DNA of 64,000 nucleotides from an uncultured Acidimicrobiaceae bacterium (GCA_963776225.1 CAVZLL010000002.1:151585-215584); one strand, 5' to 3'. Positions 8,818-18,546 are shown, counted from the stretch's first letter. Numbers and translations: made by a program. The notes: generated by a model from the sequence alone, not told the origin.

Positions 8818-10053
8818 TCAGGCGCGGCCGGACAGGCTGTAGACCGCACGCGCCCGGTACCGCAACGGGGGCTCGTCGAGCTCCTCGAGGTAGTGGGCCA
8901 CCCATCCGGCCACCCGCGCCACGGTGAAGAGGGTCTGCCCCGCGTCCGGGCCGAGCCCGGCCGCCCAGGCCACCGCGGCCAGTCCGAGGTCGACGTTGGG
9001 CGGCGGGAGATCCGCCTCGGCAGCGAGATCCACCAGCGAGCGCACCAGCTCCCGCTCCCCCGGCGTGGCCAGCGCGCCGAAGAGACCGTCCAGCACGGCG
9101 TAGCGGGCGTCCCCCGAGTCGTAGACCATGTGCCCGAACCCCGGCAGCATCCCGCCGAACCGGAGTGCGTCGGCCACCGCTCGCTCCAACCCGTCGGCGG
9201 CCGCGTCGGACAGCAGGCCGTGCACCAGGCGGCTCGCCCCGCCGTGCAGCCGGCCGGCGAGGGTACCCAGCCCGGCGAGCACCGCGTCGTAGACGTCGGC
9301 GCGGGTCGATGCGGCCACCCGCACCGCGACCGTCGAGGTGGCCAGCTCGTGGTCGGCGAGCAACACCAGCGCCGCGTTGCAGGCGCGGACCACCGTCTCG
9401 CCGGGGGACGGGGTGAGCCGCGCCGCCAGCCTCCCGGCGATCGAGCCCTCGACGACCCGTCCGCCGTCGAGGACCAGCAGGGGCGCCCGGTCGTCGACGC
9501 GCACCGCGCCGGGCGGTTCGAGCGAGGCGATCATCGACGCGACGATCCGCCGGGCCACCCGGACCACCGCGGAGGGGCGCAGGTCGCTCCGGAGCGGGTC
9601 GGAGCCGCCCGCCATCACCACCGCCCAGCGCATGCGGTCCGCCGCGGTGAACGGAGGTGCCGGCCCGAGATCGGCGGGCTCCCAGGCACCCGGCGCCGAC
9701 CCGGCGGCCGACCCGGCGGCCCACCCGGCGGCCCACCCACCCCAGAGAAGTCCGGCCACCTCTTCGTAGGAGGCGCTCGTCGCCAGCTCGGTGGCACGGA
9801 TCCCCCGGTAGAGCGGCCCGCCGTCGGTGAGCTGGGTGACTGCGGTGGTGATGGTGGCCATCCGGGTCTCCACGCTCCTGGCCTGCCGTGACCGGCGGGC
9901 GAGACGCTCCACGTCGTCGACCGAGAACAGGCTGTGCCTCCCACCGGGCTCGGGGTGGGAGACGAGGAGCCCCCTGCTCACGTAGGCGTAGAGGGTCGTC
10001 ACCTTGACCCCGAGCCGACGGGCGGCCTCGTCGCTGCGGAGCATGCGGTCCAT
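8818..10053 (-). CDS. HTH (MerR/excisionase-type) domain fused to a citrate-synthase-fold domain
   Basis: N-terminus LRSDEAARRLGVKVTTLYAYVSRGLL. C-terminal domain carries GRLHGGAS, GFGHMVYDSGDARY and PNVDLG, the His/His/Asp citrate-synthase signature positions. I chose the start at M13 because the AT-rich TTGATCAA region upstream looks intergenic. Confidence 0.8.
   Translation of the reverse strand: MDRMLRSDEAARRLGVKVTTLYAYVSRGLLVSHPEPGGRHSLFSVDDVERLARRSRQARSVETRMATITTAVTQLTDGGPLYRGIRATELATSASYEEVAGLLWGGWAAGWAAGSAAGSAPGAWEPADLGPAPPFTAADRMRWAVVMAGGSDPLRSDLRPSAVVRVARRIVASMIASLEPPGAVRVDDRAPLLVLDGGRVVEGSIAGRLAARLTPSPGETVVRACNAALVLLADHELATSTVAVRVAASTRADVYDAVLAGLGTLAGRLHGGASRLVHGLLSDAAADGLERAVADALRFGGMLPGFGHMVYDSGDARYAVLDGLFGALATPGERELVRSLVDLAAEADLPPPNVDLGLAAVAWAAGLGPDAGQTLFTVARVAGWVAHYLEELDEPPLRYRARAVYSLSGRA
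9687..9743 (-). repeat. in-frame 12-nt tandem repeat (about 4.5 copies) inside the HTH-citrate-synthase-like gene
   Basis: Plus strand reads (c/g)acccggcggcc repeated. It encodes GWAAGWAAGSAAGSA. Confidence 0.8.
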
Positions 10054-10171
10054 GGGCTCCTCCCCGAGCGGTGACATTGACTTGATCAATATTTACACCA
10101 CCGAGGGATCCGTCCACACTGGGGGGAGAGGTCCGCCGACCTCGGAGATCCGCAGACCACGAGGAGCCCGC

Positions 10172-11692
10172 ATGACCCCGACCGCCGTCCAGGAGCTCAT
10201 GTCGTCTCCCCCGGTCACCTGCCCGGCCGACATCTCCCTGGCCGAGGCGACCACCCTGATGCACGACCGCCGCATCGGATCGCTGGTGGTGACCGAGGGC
10301 CACCGGCTGGTCGGGATCGTGACCGAGCGCGACCTGCTGCGGGCGGCCGCCGGGCGGGTCGACCCGGGCCGCGAGCCGGTGCGCCGCTGGATGACCGCCG
10401 ACCCCGACGTGCTCGGACCGCAGGAGGAGGTCGGCGCGGCCTGGTCGGGCCTCACCCACCACCACTACCGCCACCTCCCGGTCGTCGACGGCGACCACCT
10501 GGTCGGGGTGGTCTCGCTCCGGGACCTGCTGACCGTCGCCCAGATCCGTCCCGCTGCCGAGGCCGGCGGCGAGGTGCCGCACGGGCTCGAAGGGGTGGTC
10601 GTCGCCGAGACCGCGGTCGGCGACGTGCGCGGCCGGGAGGGCTTCTACCACTACCGCGAGTACGCGGCCACCGAGCTGGCCGCCCACCGCTCCCTCGAGG
10701 ACGTCTGGCAGCTCCTGTTCGACGGCGCCCTGCCCGACCCGGAGGCGGCCGCACGCTTCGCCGAGGAGGTGCGCGCCCGACGGGCCCTTCCGTCCGGGCT
10801 CTCCTCGCTGCTCCCGCGGATCGCCCCGCTCGGGGGCCCACTGGAGGCGCTGCGGACCGGGATCTCGCTCCTCGGGAGCGAGCTCGGCTGGCCACCGAGC
10901 CACGACATCGGGCCCGAGGAGCTGCGGTTCGAGGCCCTGACCCTCTGCGCGGTGGTGCCCACCCTGCTGACCGCGGTGCACCGGCTCCGGCACGGCCTCG
11001 AGCCGGTGCCCCCGCGGGACGACCTCTCCTACGCCGCCAACTACCTCTGGATGCTCAACGGCAGGGAGGCTCCGCCCGACCACGTCCGGGCCATCGAGCA
11101 GTACCTCGTCCTGACCATCGACCACGGGTTCAACGCCTCCACCTTCACCGCCCGGGTGATCACCTCGACCGGTGCCGACCTGGCCGCAGCCGTCTGCGGC
11201 GCGATCGGCGCCCTCTCCGGACCGCTGCACGGCGGGGCCCCGAGCCGCGCGCTCGACATGCTGGACGACATCGGCACCGCCGACCGGGCCGAGGCGTGGA
11301 TCCGCGGGGCCGTCGGCCGCGGCGACCGGATCATGGGCTTCGGCCACCGCGTGTACAAGACCGACGACCCGCGCTCGGTCTTCCTCCGCGGGGTGGCCCG
11401 CTCGCTCGGCGGTCCGCTGGTCGAGTTCGCCGAGGAGGTCGAACGGACCGCGGTCGAGGTGCTCGCAGACCTCAAGCCCGGCCGGGAGCTCTACACCAAC
11501 GTCGAGTTCTTCGCCGGGGTGGTCATGCACACCTGCGGGATCCCCCGCGAGATGTTCACGCCGACCTTCGCCTCGAGCCGGACCATCGGCTGGGCGGCCC
11601 ACGTCATGGAGCAGGCCGCCGACAACCGGCTCATCCGTCCGGCCGCCCGCTACGTCGGGCCGTCGGCTCCCCGGCCGGTCCCGGTGGCCTGA
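10172..11692 (+). CDS. CBS-pair domain fused to citrate synthase
   Basis: GAGGAG lies 6 nt upstream of the ATG. The N-terminal roughly 130 aa form a CBS pair (IGSLVVTEGHRLVGIVTERDLL ... HLPVVDGDHLVGVVSLRDLL). The rest is citrate synthase (GPLHGGAP, GFGHRVYKTDDPR, TNVEFFAG). Confidence 0.85.
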   Translation: MTPTAVQELMSSPPVTCPADISLAEATTLMHDRRIGSLVVTEGHRLVGIVTERDLLRAAAGRVDPGREPVRRWMTADPDVLGPQEEVGAAWSGLTHHHYRHLPVVDGDHLVGVVSLRDLLTVAQIRPAAEAGGEVPHGLEGVVVAETAVGDVRGREGFYHYREYAATELAAHRSLEDVWQLLFDGALPDPEAAARFAEEVRARRALPSGLSSLLPRIAPLGGPLEALRTGISLLGSELGWPPSHDIGPEELRFEALTLCAVVPTLLTAVHRLRHGLEPVPPRDDLSYAANYLWMLNGREAPPDHVRAIEQYLVLTIDHGFNASTFTARVITSTGADLAAAVCGAIGALSGPLHGGAPSRALDMLDDIGTADRAEAWIRGAVGRGDRIMGFGHRVYKTDDPRSVFLRGVARSLGGPLVEFAEEVERTAVEVLADLKPGRELYTNVEFFAGVVMHTCGIPREMFTPTFASSRTIGWAAHVMEQAADNRLIRPAARYVGPSAPRPVPVA

Positions 11693-12210
11693 GCCGCCGC
11701 CTCCGGGCCCGGGCCGTCCCGAGACGGGCCGAGGCGCGGGATCGGGCGCTCCTCGATCCCGCGCAGGTGGAGGGCACGACGTTCGAAGCGCCATCCGCCC
11801 TCCGTCCGCACGTACACGTCGGCATACCGCAGGTACCAGACGGTGTCGGTGCCGGGAGCGTCGCCGCCCCCCGGGTCCGTGCGTGCGGCGAGGTGGTGGG
11901 CCACGCCGATCACCTCGCCGGAGGCAGCGTCCGCGTCGATCTCGTAGCTGGTCCGGCCCACCCGGTGATGGGTCGCATGGAAGCGGGCGAGGCCGGACGG
12001 GACCCGTCGCAGCGACCGGTGGCCACGCCGGCAGATCACCGGATCGGGCCCGGCCGCCGGATCGGGCACCCAGAGCTCACCCTCGGGGAGGAAGAGCGCG
12101 GCGAACCCCGCACCGTCGAGGGTGTCGACCGCAGCGGCGTAGCCGGTCGAGAGCCGGCGGAGCGAGCGCTCGTCCCCTGGCGCTCCGTTCACCGGACCGG
12201 CCGGTGTCAC
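11650..12210 (-). CDS. SnoaL-like / NTF2-fold protein
   Basis: The pattern LRRLSTGYAAAVDTLDGAGFAALFLPEG ... YLRYADVYVRTEGGWRFERR is typical of SnoaL_4-like proteins. GTG start is inferred. The 3' end overlaps the convergent citrate synthase gene by about 40 nt. Confidence 0.6.
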   Translation of the reverse strand: MTPAGPVNGAPGDERSLRRLSTGYAAAVDTLDGAGFAALFLPEGELWVPDPAAGPDPVICRRGHRSLRRVPSGLARFHATHHRVGRTSYEIDADAASGEVIGVAHHLAARTDPGGGDAPGTDTVWYLRYADVYVRTEGGWRFERRALHLRGIEERPIPRLGPSRDGPGPEAAAQATGTGRGADGPT

Positions 12211-12232
12211 CCGGCCGCCGAGTCCACCCGTT

Positions 12233-13129
12233 TCAACCACCCGTCTGCCGCGGGAGGGCGAACCGGTCGGCGAACACAGAGAGCTCCTCACGGATGTGGT
12301 CGAGGTCGGCGCTCATCGAGGTCGAGAGGAGCATCCGGTCGACGCCGGCTGCCGACGCGGCGGCCACATCCTCCTCGGTGACGCTCGGGAGGTAGCCGGA
12401 CACCGAGAGCTCGATCGCGTTCGGATCCCGCCCGGCCGCCTCGGCCGCCTCGCGCATCTGGCCGACGCGGACCTCGAGCTCGGCGGGGGCGAGCCCGAGC
12501 GGCTGGAAGCCGTCGCCGAGCCGACCCGCCCGTCGCGCCGCTGCCTCGCTGTGACCCCCGACGTGGAGGGGCACTCCCCCGGGCCGCACCGGCTTGGGGA
12601 AGGAGTGGGCATGGCGGAAGGCGACGAAGGCTCCGTCGAACGCCGCCCCCTCCGGACCCGAGTCGGCCCAGAGGGCGCGGAGGGCCGCGATCGTCTCGTC
12701 GGTCCGCCGCCCCCGGGTGCGGGGATCGGCCCCGGTGGCCCGCAGCTCCTCCTCCATCCACCCGACCCCGAGGCACATCCGCACCCGGCCCTTCGAGAGC
12801 ACGTCGACGGTGGCGATGCGCTTGGCCAGGACCACCGCCTGGTGGTTGGGCACGACCAGGACGCCCGTGGCGAGGGTGATCCGACCGGTCACGGCGGCGA
12901 GGAACGCCATCAGGTCGAGCGGGTCGGGGATCCGGCAGTCGTCGGGCAACGGCATCCGTCCCGACGGCGCATAGGGATAGGTGCTCGTGTAGTCGGAGAT
13001 GACCACGGCGTGCTCGACCATCACCAGGCACTCGAACCCGCTCGCCTCGGCGTGGCGGGCGAACCCGGTCATCCAGCCGGGGTCGGCGGTCACTCCGGTG
13101 CGGACCGGGGGGATGATGCCGAACTCCAT
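12233..13129 (-). CDS. LLM-class (luciferase-like) F420-dependent oxidoreductase
   Basis: The C-terminal 298 aa of ORF 12233..14413 (MEFGIIPP...GVGWMEEE...) look coding and GGAGGAG precedes the ATG. The upstream 428 aa of that ORF are Arg/Gly-rich shadow. Confidence 0.85.
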   Translation of the reverse strand: MEFGIIPPVRTGVTADPGWMTGFARHAEASGFECLVMVEHAVVISDYTSTYPYAPSGRMPLPDDCRIPDPLDLMAFLAAVTGRITLATGVLVVPNHQAVVLAKRIATVDVLSKGRVRMCLGVGWMEEELRATGADPRTRGRRTDETIAALRALWADSGPEGAAFDGAFVAFRHAHSFPKPVRPGGVPLHVGGHSEAAARRAGRLGDGFQPLGLAPAELEVRVGQMREAAEAAGRDPNAIELSVSGYLPSVTEEDVAAASAAGVDRMLLSTSMSADLDHIREELSVFADRFALPRQTGG

Positions 13130-13468
13130 GGATGCTCCTCCGTCGCCGGCGGATGCGGTTCCGGCGGGCCGAGCGTACGCAGCGGCGGGAGCCTCCGCCA
13201 GCCGCACCGCGGCGCCCTCGCCGGCCGCCCGCGTTCGGCCCGCCTCCATCGCCGGCAGCGAGATCGGTAGCCTGAACGGGCCCCCGCGTCCCCGCGGGGG
13301 CTTCACGACCCGCAGGGAGTCCTGGGGGCTGGGGGCGACGGGTCCATTCCCATGAGCAGAGACGGCTCCTCGAGCGACGAGAGCGGACACGGCGACAGCC
13401 GGCCTGGCGCGCGGCCCCGCGAGGCGCGGTCCGATCCGGGAGGCGGGACACCCGATCCCGACCCCAGG

Positions 13469-15157
13469 ATGAACCGTCGGCGCTTCCTCGCCTGGTCGGC
13501 TGCGGGCGGGGCCGCGGCCGCCGTCGCGTTGGGAGCGGCGGACGTCGCGGGTGCGTTCGACGCGAGCGCTCCGGTCCGCCGACGTCCCCCGCTCCGCCAC
13601 CGCCCCGAGACGCCCCGACCGGTCTACGACGGGATCACCATGGTCGACGGGGCGATCCTCCCCACCTCTGCGGCGATCATCGAGGAGAACACCCGGACCG
13701 GGGACGCCTGGTGGGTCACCACCAGCCAGCGGTCGGGCGACATCGAGGGGTACGCCGACGCAGTGAGCACGGTGGCCGGCCAGCCGGTCACCCTCTCCGT
13801 GAGCACCAAGGCGGCGACCTTCCACGTCGAGGCCTACCGGATGGGCTACTACCAGGGGATCGGTGCGCGGCTGGTCTGGCGTTCCCCCGAGGTGCCCGGT
13901 CTCCGCCAGGCCCTCCCCTCGCTGCAGGCGCCGACCAACACCATCGAGTGCGGTTGGTCCCCGTCGCTGACCCTCACCGCCGACCCGACCTGGCCCCCCG
14001 GCGCCTATCTGCTCAAGCTGGTCGGCGCCACCGGGGAACAGGGATTCGTGCCCCTCTGCATACGCGACGACACCTCGCGGGCGGCCATCGTCATCCAGCA
14101 CTCGGTGACCACCTGGCAGGCCTACAACCGGTGGGGCGGCTACTCCCTCTACTACGGGAACAGCGGGGGGGCGCTCTCCTTCACCCACGCCCCGTCCGGG
14201 GGGACCTACGCGAACCGGGCCCGGATCGTCTCGTTCGACCGGCCCTACGACCACGACTGGGCGTCGGGGGCGGCCGACTTCGTCGGCAACGAGCTGCCGG
14301 TGGTCTTCCACGCCGAGAAGCTGGGACTCGACGTGACCTACTGGACCGACGTCGACCTCCACACCCGTCCCGGTCTGCTGAGCGCCCATCGCGCGCTGGT
14401 CAGCCTCGGCCACGACGAGTACTGGTCGGCCCCCATGCGGGACGCAGCCGCGGCGGGCGTGGCGAGCGGTCTCAACATGGCATTCCTCGGTGCCAACGCC
14501 TGCTACCGACAGATCCGCTTCGAACCCTCACCGACCGGACCCGACCGCCACCAGGTCTGCTACAAATCTGCGACCGAGGACCCGCTCTCCTCGTACGATG
14601 GCGCGCTGGTGACCGTCAACTGGGCCCAACCGCCGGTCGACCGGCCGGAGGCCGAGCTCATCGGGAGCACCTACCAGGACGTCGAGGCGGCCGCCGACAT
14701 GGTCATCGCCGATCCGACGGCCTGGGCGCTCGCCCGCACCGGCCTCAGGGGCGGCCAGCACCTCCACGGGGTGGTGGTCGGCGAGTTCGACCGCTACGTC
14801 CCCGGTGGGGCGGGCCCGGCAGGGGTCGACGTGATCGCCCACTCACCCGTCGCGAACCGCGGCGGCAACTACTCGGACGTGACCTGGTACACGGCGACCG
14901 CCGGAGGGGGCGTGTTCGCCACCGGCAACGCGAGCTGGATCGGCCAGATGTCGGACGCGCCGCTCATCCCGCCCAATGTGCTCCCCTCGGCGGTGCCCGG
15001 AGTGACCGAGCACCTGCTGCGGATCATGGAGAACGTCTACTCCGTGATCGGGATGGGACCTGCCAGCATCACCCATCCCTCGTCGGGGACCTGGCAGGCC
15101 GCATACCCTCCGGGGTCGACCTCCGCCCGCGCCCCGGTGGGCGACACGACGGCCTGA
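13469..15157 (+). CDS. Tat-signal secreted protein (possibly N,N-dimethylformamidase beta-subunit-like family; function uncertain)
   Basis: Twin-arginine signal MNRRRFLAWSAAGGAAAAVALGA, followed by 520 aa of normal composition. The family assignment is from memory only. Confidence 0.7.
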   Translation: MNRRRFLAWSAAGGAAAAVALGAADVAGAFDASAPVRRRPPLRHRPETPRPVYDGITMVDGAILPTSAAIIEENTRTGDAWWVTTSQRSGDIEGYADAVSTVAGQPVTLSVSTKAATFHVEAYRMGYYQGIGARLVWRSPEVPGLRQALPSLQAPTNTIECGWSPSLTLTADPTWPPGAYLLKLVGATGEQGFVPLCIRDDTSRAAIVIQHSVTTWQAYNRWGGYSLYYGNSGGALSFTHAPSGGTYANRARIVSFDRPYDHDWASGAADFVGNELPVVFHAEKLGLDVTYWTDVDLHTRPGLLSAHRALVSLGHDEYWSAPMRDAAAAGVASGLNMAFLGANACYRQIRFEPSPTGPDRHQVCYKSATEDPLSSYDGALVTVNWAQPPVDRPEAELIGSTYQDVEAAADMVIADPTAWALARTGLRGGQHLHGVVVGEFDRYVPGGAGPAGVDVIAHSPVANRGGNYSDVTWYTATAGGGVFATGNASWIGQMSDAPLIPPNVLPSAVPGVTEHLLRIMENVYSVIGMGPASITHPSSGTWQAAYPPGSTSARAPVGDTTA

Positions 15158-15169
15158 GCCTCGATCCGC

Positions 15170-16234
15170 TCACTCCGCGAGCGTGATCGGCTGATCGTCG
15201 AGCGAGAGGTCTGCATCGTCCGGGAGCTGGCCCGCGGTCGGGTCGACCGTGTTCTGTGCGGCGAGGTGCTCACGGATCCGTTCGTCGATCTCCGCCATCA
15301 GTTGGGGGTTCTCGATGAGGAAGGTCTTCACGTTCTCGCGACCCTGGCCCAGCTGCTCACCCTCGTAGGTGAACCAGGCGCCGGATTTCTTGATGAACCC
15401 GAGCTCGACCCCGACGTCGAGGAGCGAGCCCTCGCGGCTGATCCCCTTGCCGAAGGTGATGTCGAACTCCGCCTGCTTGAACGGCGGTGAGCACTTGTTC
15501 TTGACCACCTTCACCCGGGTACGGTTCCCGACCTGGTCCGCGCCGTCCTTGATGGTCTCGATGCGGCGGATGTCGAGGCGGACCGAGGAGTAGAACTTGA
15601 GGGCGCGGCCTCCCGGGGTCACCTCGGGCGACCCGTACATGACGCCGATCTTCTCGCGCAGCTGGTTGATGAAGATGGCGATGGTCTGCGACTTGGAGAG
15701 GGTGCCGGTCAGCTTGCGCAGCGCCTGGGACATCAGCCGGGCCTGGAGGCCCACGTGCGTGTCGCCCATCTCCCCTTCGATCTCCGCACGGGGCGTGAGC
15801 GCCGCGACCGAGTCGATGACCAGGACGTCGAGGGCACCGGAACGGATCAGCATGTCGGAGATCTCGAGGGCCTGCTCGCCGGTGTCGGGCTGGGAGATCA
15901 GCAGGTCGTCGATGTTGACCCCGATGGCCTTGGCGTAGACGGGGTCCATCGCGTGCTCGGCGTCGATGTAGGCGCAGATCCCGCCGTTGCGCTGGGCCTC
16001 GGCCACCACGTGCATGGCCAGCGTCGACTTCCCCGAGGACTCGGGACCGAAGATCTCGACGATGCGGCCGCGGGGGAGACCGCCGATCCCGAGGGCGAGG
16101 TCGAGGGCGAGCGCGCCGGTCGGGATGGCCTCGATGTTCATGTGGAGGTTCTCACCCATCCGCATGATCGATCCCTTGCCGAACTGCTTCTCGATCTGCC
16201 CCAGGGCCATGTCGAGTGCCTTGTCACGTTCCAT
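15170..16234 (-). CDS. recA: recombinase RecA
   Basis: 354 aa with [11 protein letters not shown] Walker A and an unmistakable RecA sequence throughout. Confidence 0.98.
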   Translation of the reverse strand: MERDKALDMALGQIEKQFGKGSIMRMGENLHMNIEAIPTGALALDLALGIGGLPRGRIVEIFGPESSGKSTLAMHVVAEAQRNGGICAYIDAEHAMDPVYAKAIGVNIDDLLISQPDTGEQALEISDMLIRSGALDVLVIDSVAALTPRAEIEGEMGDTHVGLQARLMSQALRKLTGTLSKSQTIAIFINQLREKIGVMYGSPEVTPGGRALKFYSSVRLDIRRIETIKDGADQVGNRTRVKVVKNKCSPPFKQAEFDITFGKGISREGSLLDVGVELGFIKKSGAWFTYEGEQLGQGRENVKTFLIENPQLMAEIDERIREHLAAQNTVDPTAGQLPDDADLSLDDQPITLAE

Positions 16235-16318
16235 GTCTGCTCTTCTTCTCCTCGGTGCTGTCGCTCAGTTGACCGGGCCGACCCTATGGAGCGGGTGTGA
16301 CGCCGACCACTCTAGACC

Positions 16319-16332
16319 CGAACGCACGTTCG
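16319..16332. promoter_or_regulatory. LexA SOS box (CGAAC-N4-GTTCG)
   Basis: cGAACgcacGTTCg lies about 85-98 nt upstream of the recA ATG. It matches the Gram-positive/actinobacterial GAAC-N4-GTTC consensus. Confidence 0.7.
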
Positions 16333-16411
16333 ATGGGGGGATCCCAGGGGCGCCGGCCGATCCGGTCAGGGTCCGACTCCTGCGCTCCGGCGCCCACTAA
16401 CGTCGCCCCGG

Positions 16412-17656
16412 ATGCCAGAGCACGACGAGCCGCCCCCGGGGACCCCCGACGACACCACAGGATCGCAGCCGGCCACCCCCACCGGCGCCGCGTCGGGACC
16501 CGATGGACCGCCGGCGGCGGCCGGGGTCGGTGCGCCGGCGGTGCTCTCGCGTCAGGAGCGCCGAGCGCAGCGCTCCCGCGCCTCTCGCACCTGGCGGTAC
16601 GTGCTCGCAGCTGTGGCGGTGGTCCTCGTCGGGACGGTGGTCGGCGTGATCGCGACGCACGGGGCACCCGCGGCTGCGCCCGCCCCGGCCACCACCACCA
16701 CCAGGGCGCTGCCGCCCCCGTCCGCCAACTGCCCGCTGACCGGCGCCCCGGCGCCGGGTGGCGCGGTCCCCGCCAGGCCGGCGCTTGCCGTCAAGATCGG
16801 CAACTACTCCGGCGACCGCCCGTCGGCGGGCCTCAACCAGGCCGACGTGGTCTTCGAAGAGCCGGTCGAGGGGGCGTACACCCGCCTGGTGGCGGTGTTC
16901 CATTGCCAGAGCGCGTCGCTGGTCGGTGACATGCGCTCGGCCCGGGAGCCCGACGTCGCCATCCTCTCGCAGCTCTCGCACCCGTTGTTCTTCCATGCCG
17001 GTGGCATCGATCCGGTCCTGAACCTCCTGGCCGAGGCGCCGCTCCAGGACGAGAACGTCCTGGCGGGCGCGAGCAGCGTCAACATCCACCCGCCGGGACG
17101 CGACGCGCCCTACAGCACCTTCATGAGCACCGCGTCCGGGTGGGCCCTCGCCACGTCGGACACCGCAGCGCCGGCGCCCCTCTTCTCCTATTCCGCCGTC
17201 CCGCCCGCCGGACCGCTTCCCGGCTCGGGTGCCAGCGTGCACATCCCGTTCTCCTCCGATGCCGACGTGACCTGGACCTGGGACACGGCGAGCTCGCGCT
17301 ACCTGCGCGCCTATTCGGGCATCCCGAACCGGCTGCTCGACGGCTCGCAGGTCGCGACCCTCAACATCGTCGTCATGACCGTCAACACCTTCTCCGGTCC
17401 CTGGCTCGAGAACAGCGAGGGCGGCCACGAGGTCGAGGTCACCGCGACCGGATCGGGACCCCTGGTGGTCCTCCGCAACGGCGTGGCGATCACCGGGACC
17501 TGGAGCCGATCGGCGCTCACCAGTCCGGCCACGCTCACCGCGTTCAACGGGCAGCCGATCACCCTCACGCCGGGCCCCACCTGGGAGGAGCTCGTGCCGG
17601 CCGGGATCCCGGTCACCACGACCGCGGCGTCGACCGCACCCGCATCGGGGGGCTGA
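16412..17656 (+). CDS. DUF3048 (YerB-like) membrane-anchored protein
   Basis: N-terminal TM anchor, then CPLTGAP...RPALAVKIGNYSGDRPSAGLNQADVVFEEPVEGAYTRLVAVFH...MRSAREPD, which is characteristic of DUF3048. Confidence 0.8.
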   Translation: MPEHDEPPPGTPDDTTGSQPATPTGAASGPDGPPAAAGVGAPAVLSRQERRAQRSRASRTWRYVLAAVAVVLVGTVVGVIATHGAPAAAPAPATTTTRALPPPSANCPLTGAPAPGGAVPARPALAVKIGNYSGDRPSAGLNQADVVFEEPVEGAYTRLVAVFHCQSASLVGDMRSAREPDVAILSQLSHPLFFHAGGIDPVLNLLAEAPLQDENVLAGASSVNIHPPGRDAPYSTFMSTASGWALATSDTAAPAPLFSYSAVPPAGPLPGSGASVHIPFSSDADVTWTWDTASSRYLRAYSGIPNRLLDGSQVATLNIVVMTVNTFSGPWLENSEGGHEVEVTATGSGPLVVLRNGVAITGTWSRSALTSPATLTAFNGQPITLTPGPTWEELVPAGIPVTTTAASTAPASGG

Positions 17657-17685
17657 CCGGGCCGGGGCCCTCGGCCCGCACCTTA

Positions 17686-17717
17686 TTAAGTTGACACTTA
17701 CGTAAGTGGTCGCTTAA
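17686..17717. promoter_or_regulatory. probable ArsR-family operator (inverted repeat)
   Basis: TTAAGttgaCACTTACGTAAGTGgtcgCTTAA contains a perfect 14-bp palindrome CACTTACGTAAGTG. It sits in an AT-rich patch about 10-40 nt upstream of the ArsR-family GTG. Confidence 0.5.
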
Positions 17718-17727
17718 GCTGGCGGGT

Positions 17728-18069
17728 GTGGACGCGGCCCTCAAAGCACTCGCCGAACCCCGGCGTCGGGCGATCCTGCGGCTCGTCTGGTCGCAGGAGC
17801 TCCCTGCCACCGACATCGCCGACCGTTTCCGGGACGTCAGCCGGCCGGCGGTCTCCCAGCACCTGGCGGTGCTCAAGGACGCCGACCTCGTGACCGAGCG
17901 GCGCGACGGCACCCGCCGCCTGTACCGGGCGAACACCGACACCATGGCGGAGCTGCGCACCTTCCTCGACGACTACTGGACGTCCGGACTCGAACGGTTG
18001 CGCGACGTCACCGAGGCGGCCGAAGCCCGAACCCGCAACGACACGCACCCGACGAAAGGAAAGAAATGA
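17728..18069 (+). CDS. ArsR/SmtB-family transcriptional regulator
   Basis: LKALAEPRRRAILRLV...ATDIADRFRDVSRPAVSQHLAVLKDADLV is a winged HTH of the ArsR family. Confidence 0.9.
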   Translation: MDAALKALAEPRRRAILRLVWSQELPATDIADRFRDVSRPAVSQHLAVLKDADLVTERRDGTRRLYRANTDTMAELRTFLDDYWTSGLERLRDVTEAAEARTRNDTHPTKGKK

Positions 18070-18518
18070 TGGCAGAGCTCGCTCGCGAGATCATGATCGA
18101 CGCCACGCCGGAGACCATCTGGCCGTTCCTCACGGAACCGGCGAAGCATGTCGAGTGGGACGGAACGGTGGCAGAGATCGATCCGAGACCGGGGGGCGTC
18201 TACCGGGTGCTGGTGGCAGGCCGGTTCCAGTCGGCCGGCGAGTACGTGGAGGTCGTGCCCAACGAGAAGGTGGTCTTCACCTTCGGTTGGGAGCAGGAGG
18301 GACATCCCATCCCCGCCGGATCGACCACCGTCGAGATCACGCTGCACCGCGAAGGCGACAAGACGCGCCTACGGCTCGTTCATCGCGACCTCCCCGACGA
18401 CGCGCTCGGCGATCACAGCAACGGTTGGGATCACTACCTCGGCAGACTGGCGATCGCAGCAACCGGGGGGACGCCCGGGCCGGACGTACCCCCGGCGGAC
18501 GACCGGGCCACGGCATAG
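18066..18518 (+). CDS. SRPBCC-fold protein (AHSA1/START-like)
   Basis: Overlaps the ArsR stop (ATGA). IDATPETIWPFLTEPAKHVEWDG... is typical of an ArsR-SRPBCC pair. Confidence 0.85.
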   Translation: MMAELAREIMIDATPETIWPFLTEPAKHVEWDGTVAEIDPRPGGVYRVLVAGRFQSAGEYVEVVPNEKVVFTFGWEQEGHPIPAGSTTVEITLHREGDKTRLRLVHRDLPDDALGDHSNGWDHYLGRLAIAATGGTPGPDVPPADDRATA

Positions 18519-18546
18519 CCGACGCGACAAGGAGGAGGTCCACGGC

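Noticed and set aside
7816-11794. 691-aa plus-strand and 1135-aa minus-strand ORFs spanning the SDR and citrate-synthase genes
   Set aside because: Arg/Pro/Gly-rich shadow frames. The real genes in other frames carry diagnostic motifs.
13130-14413. N-terminal 428 aa of ORF 12233..14413
   Set aside because: Only the last 298 aa, from MEFGIIPP with a GGAGGAG RBS, look like protein. The upstream part is antisense to the Tat-signal protein gene.
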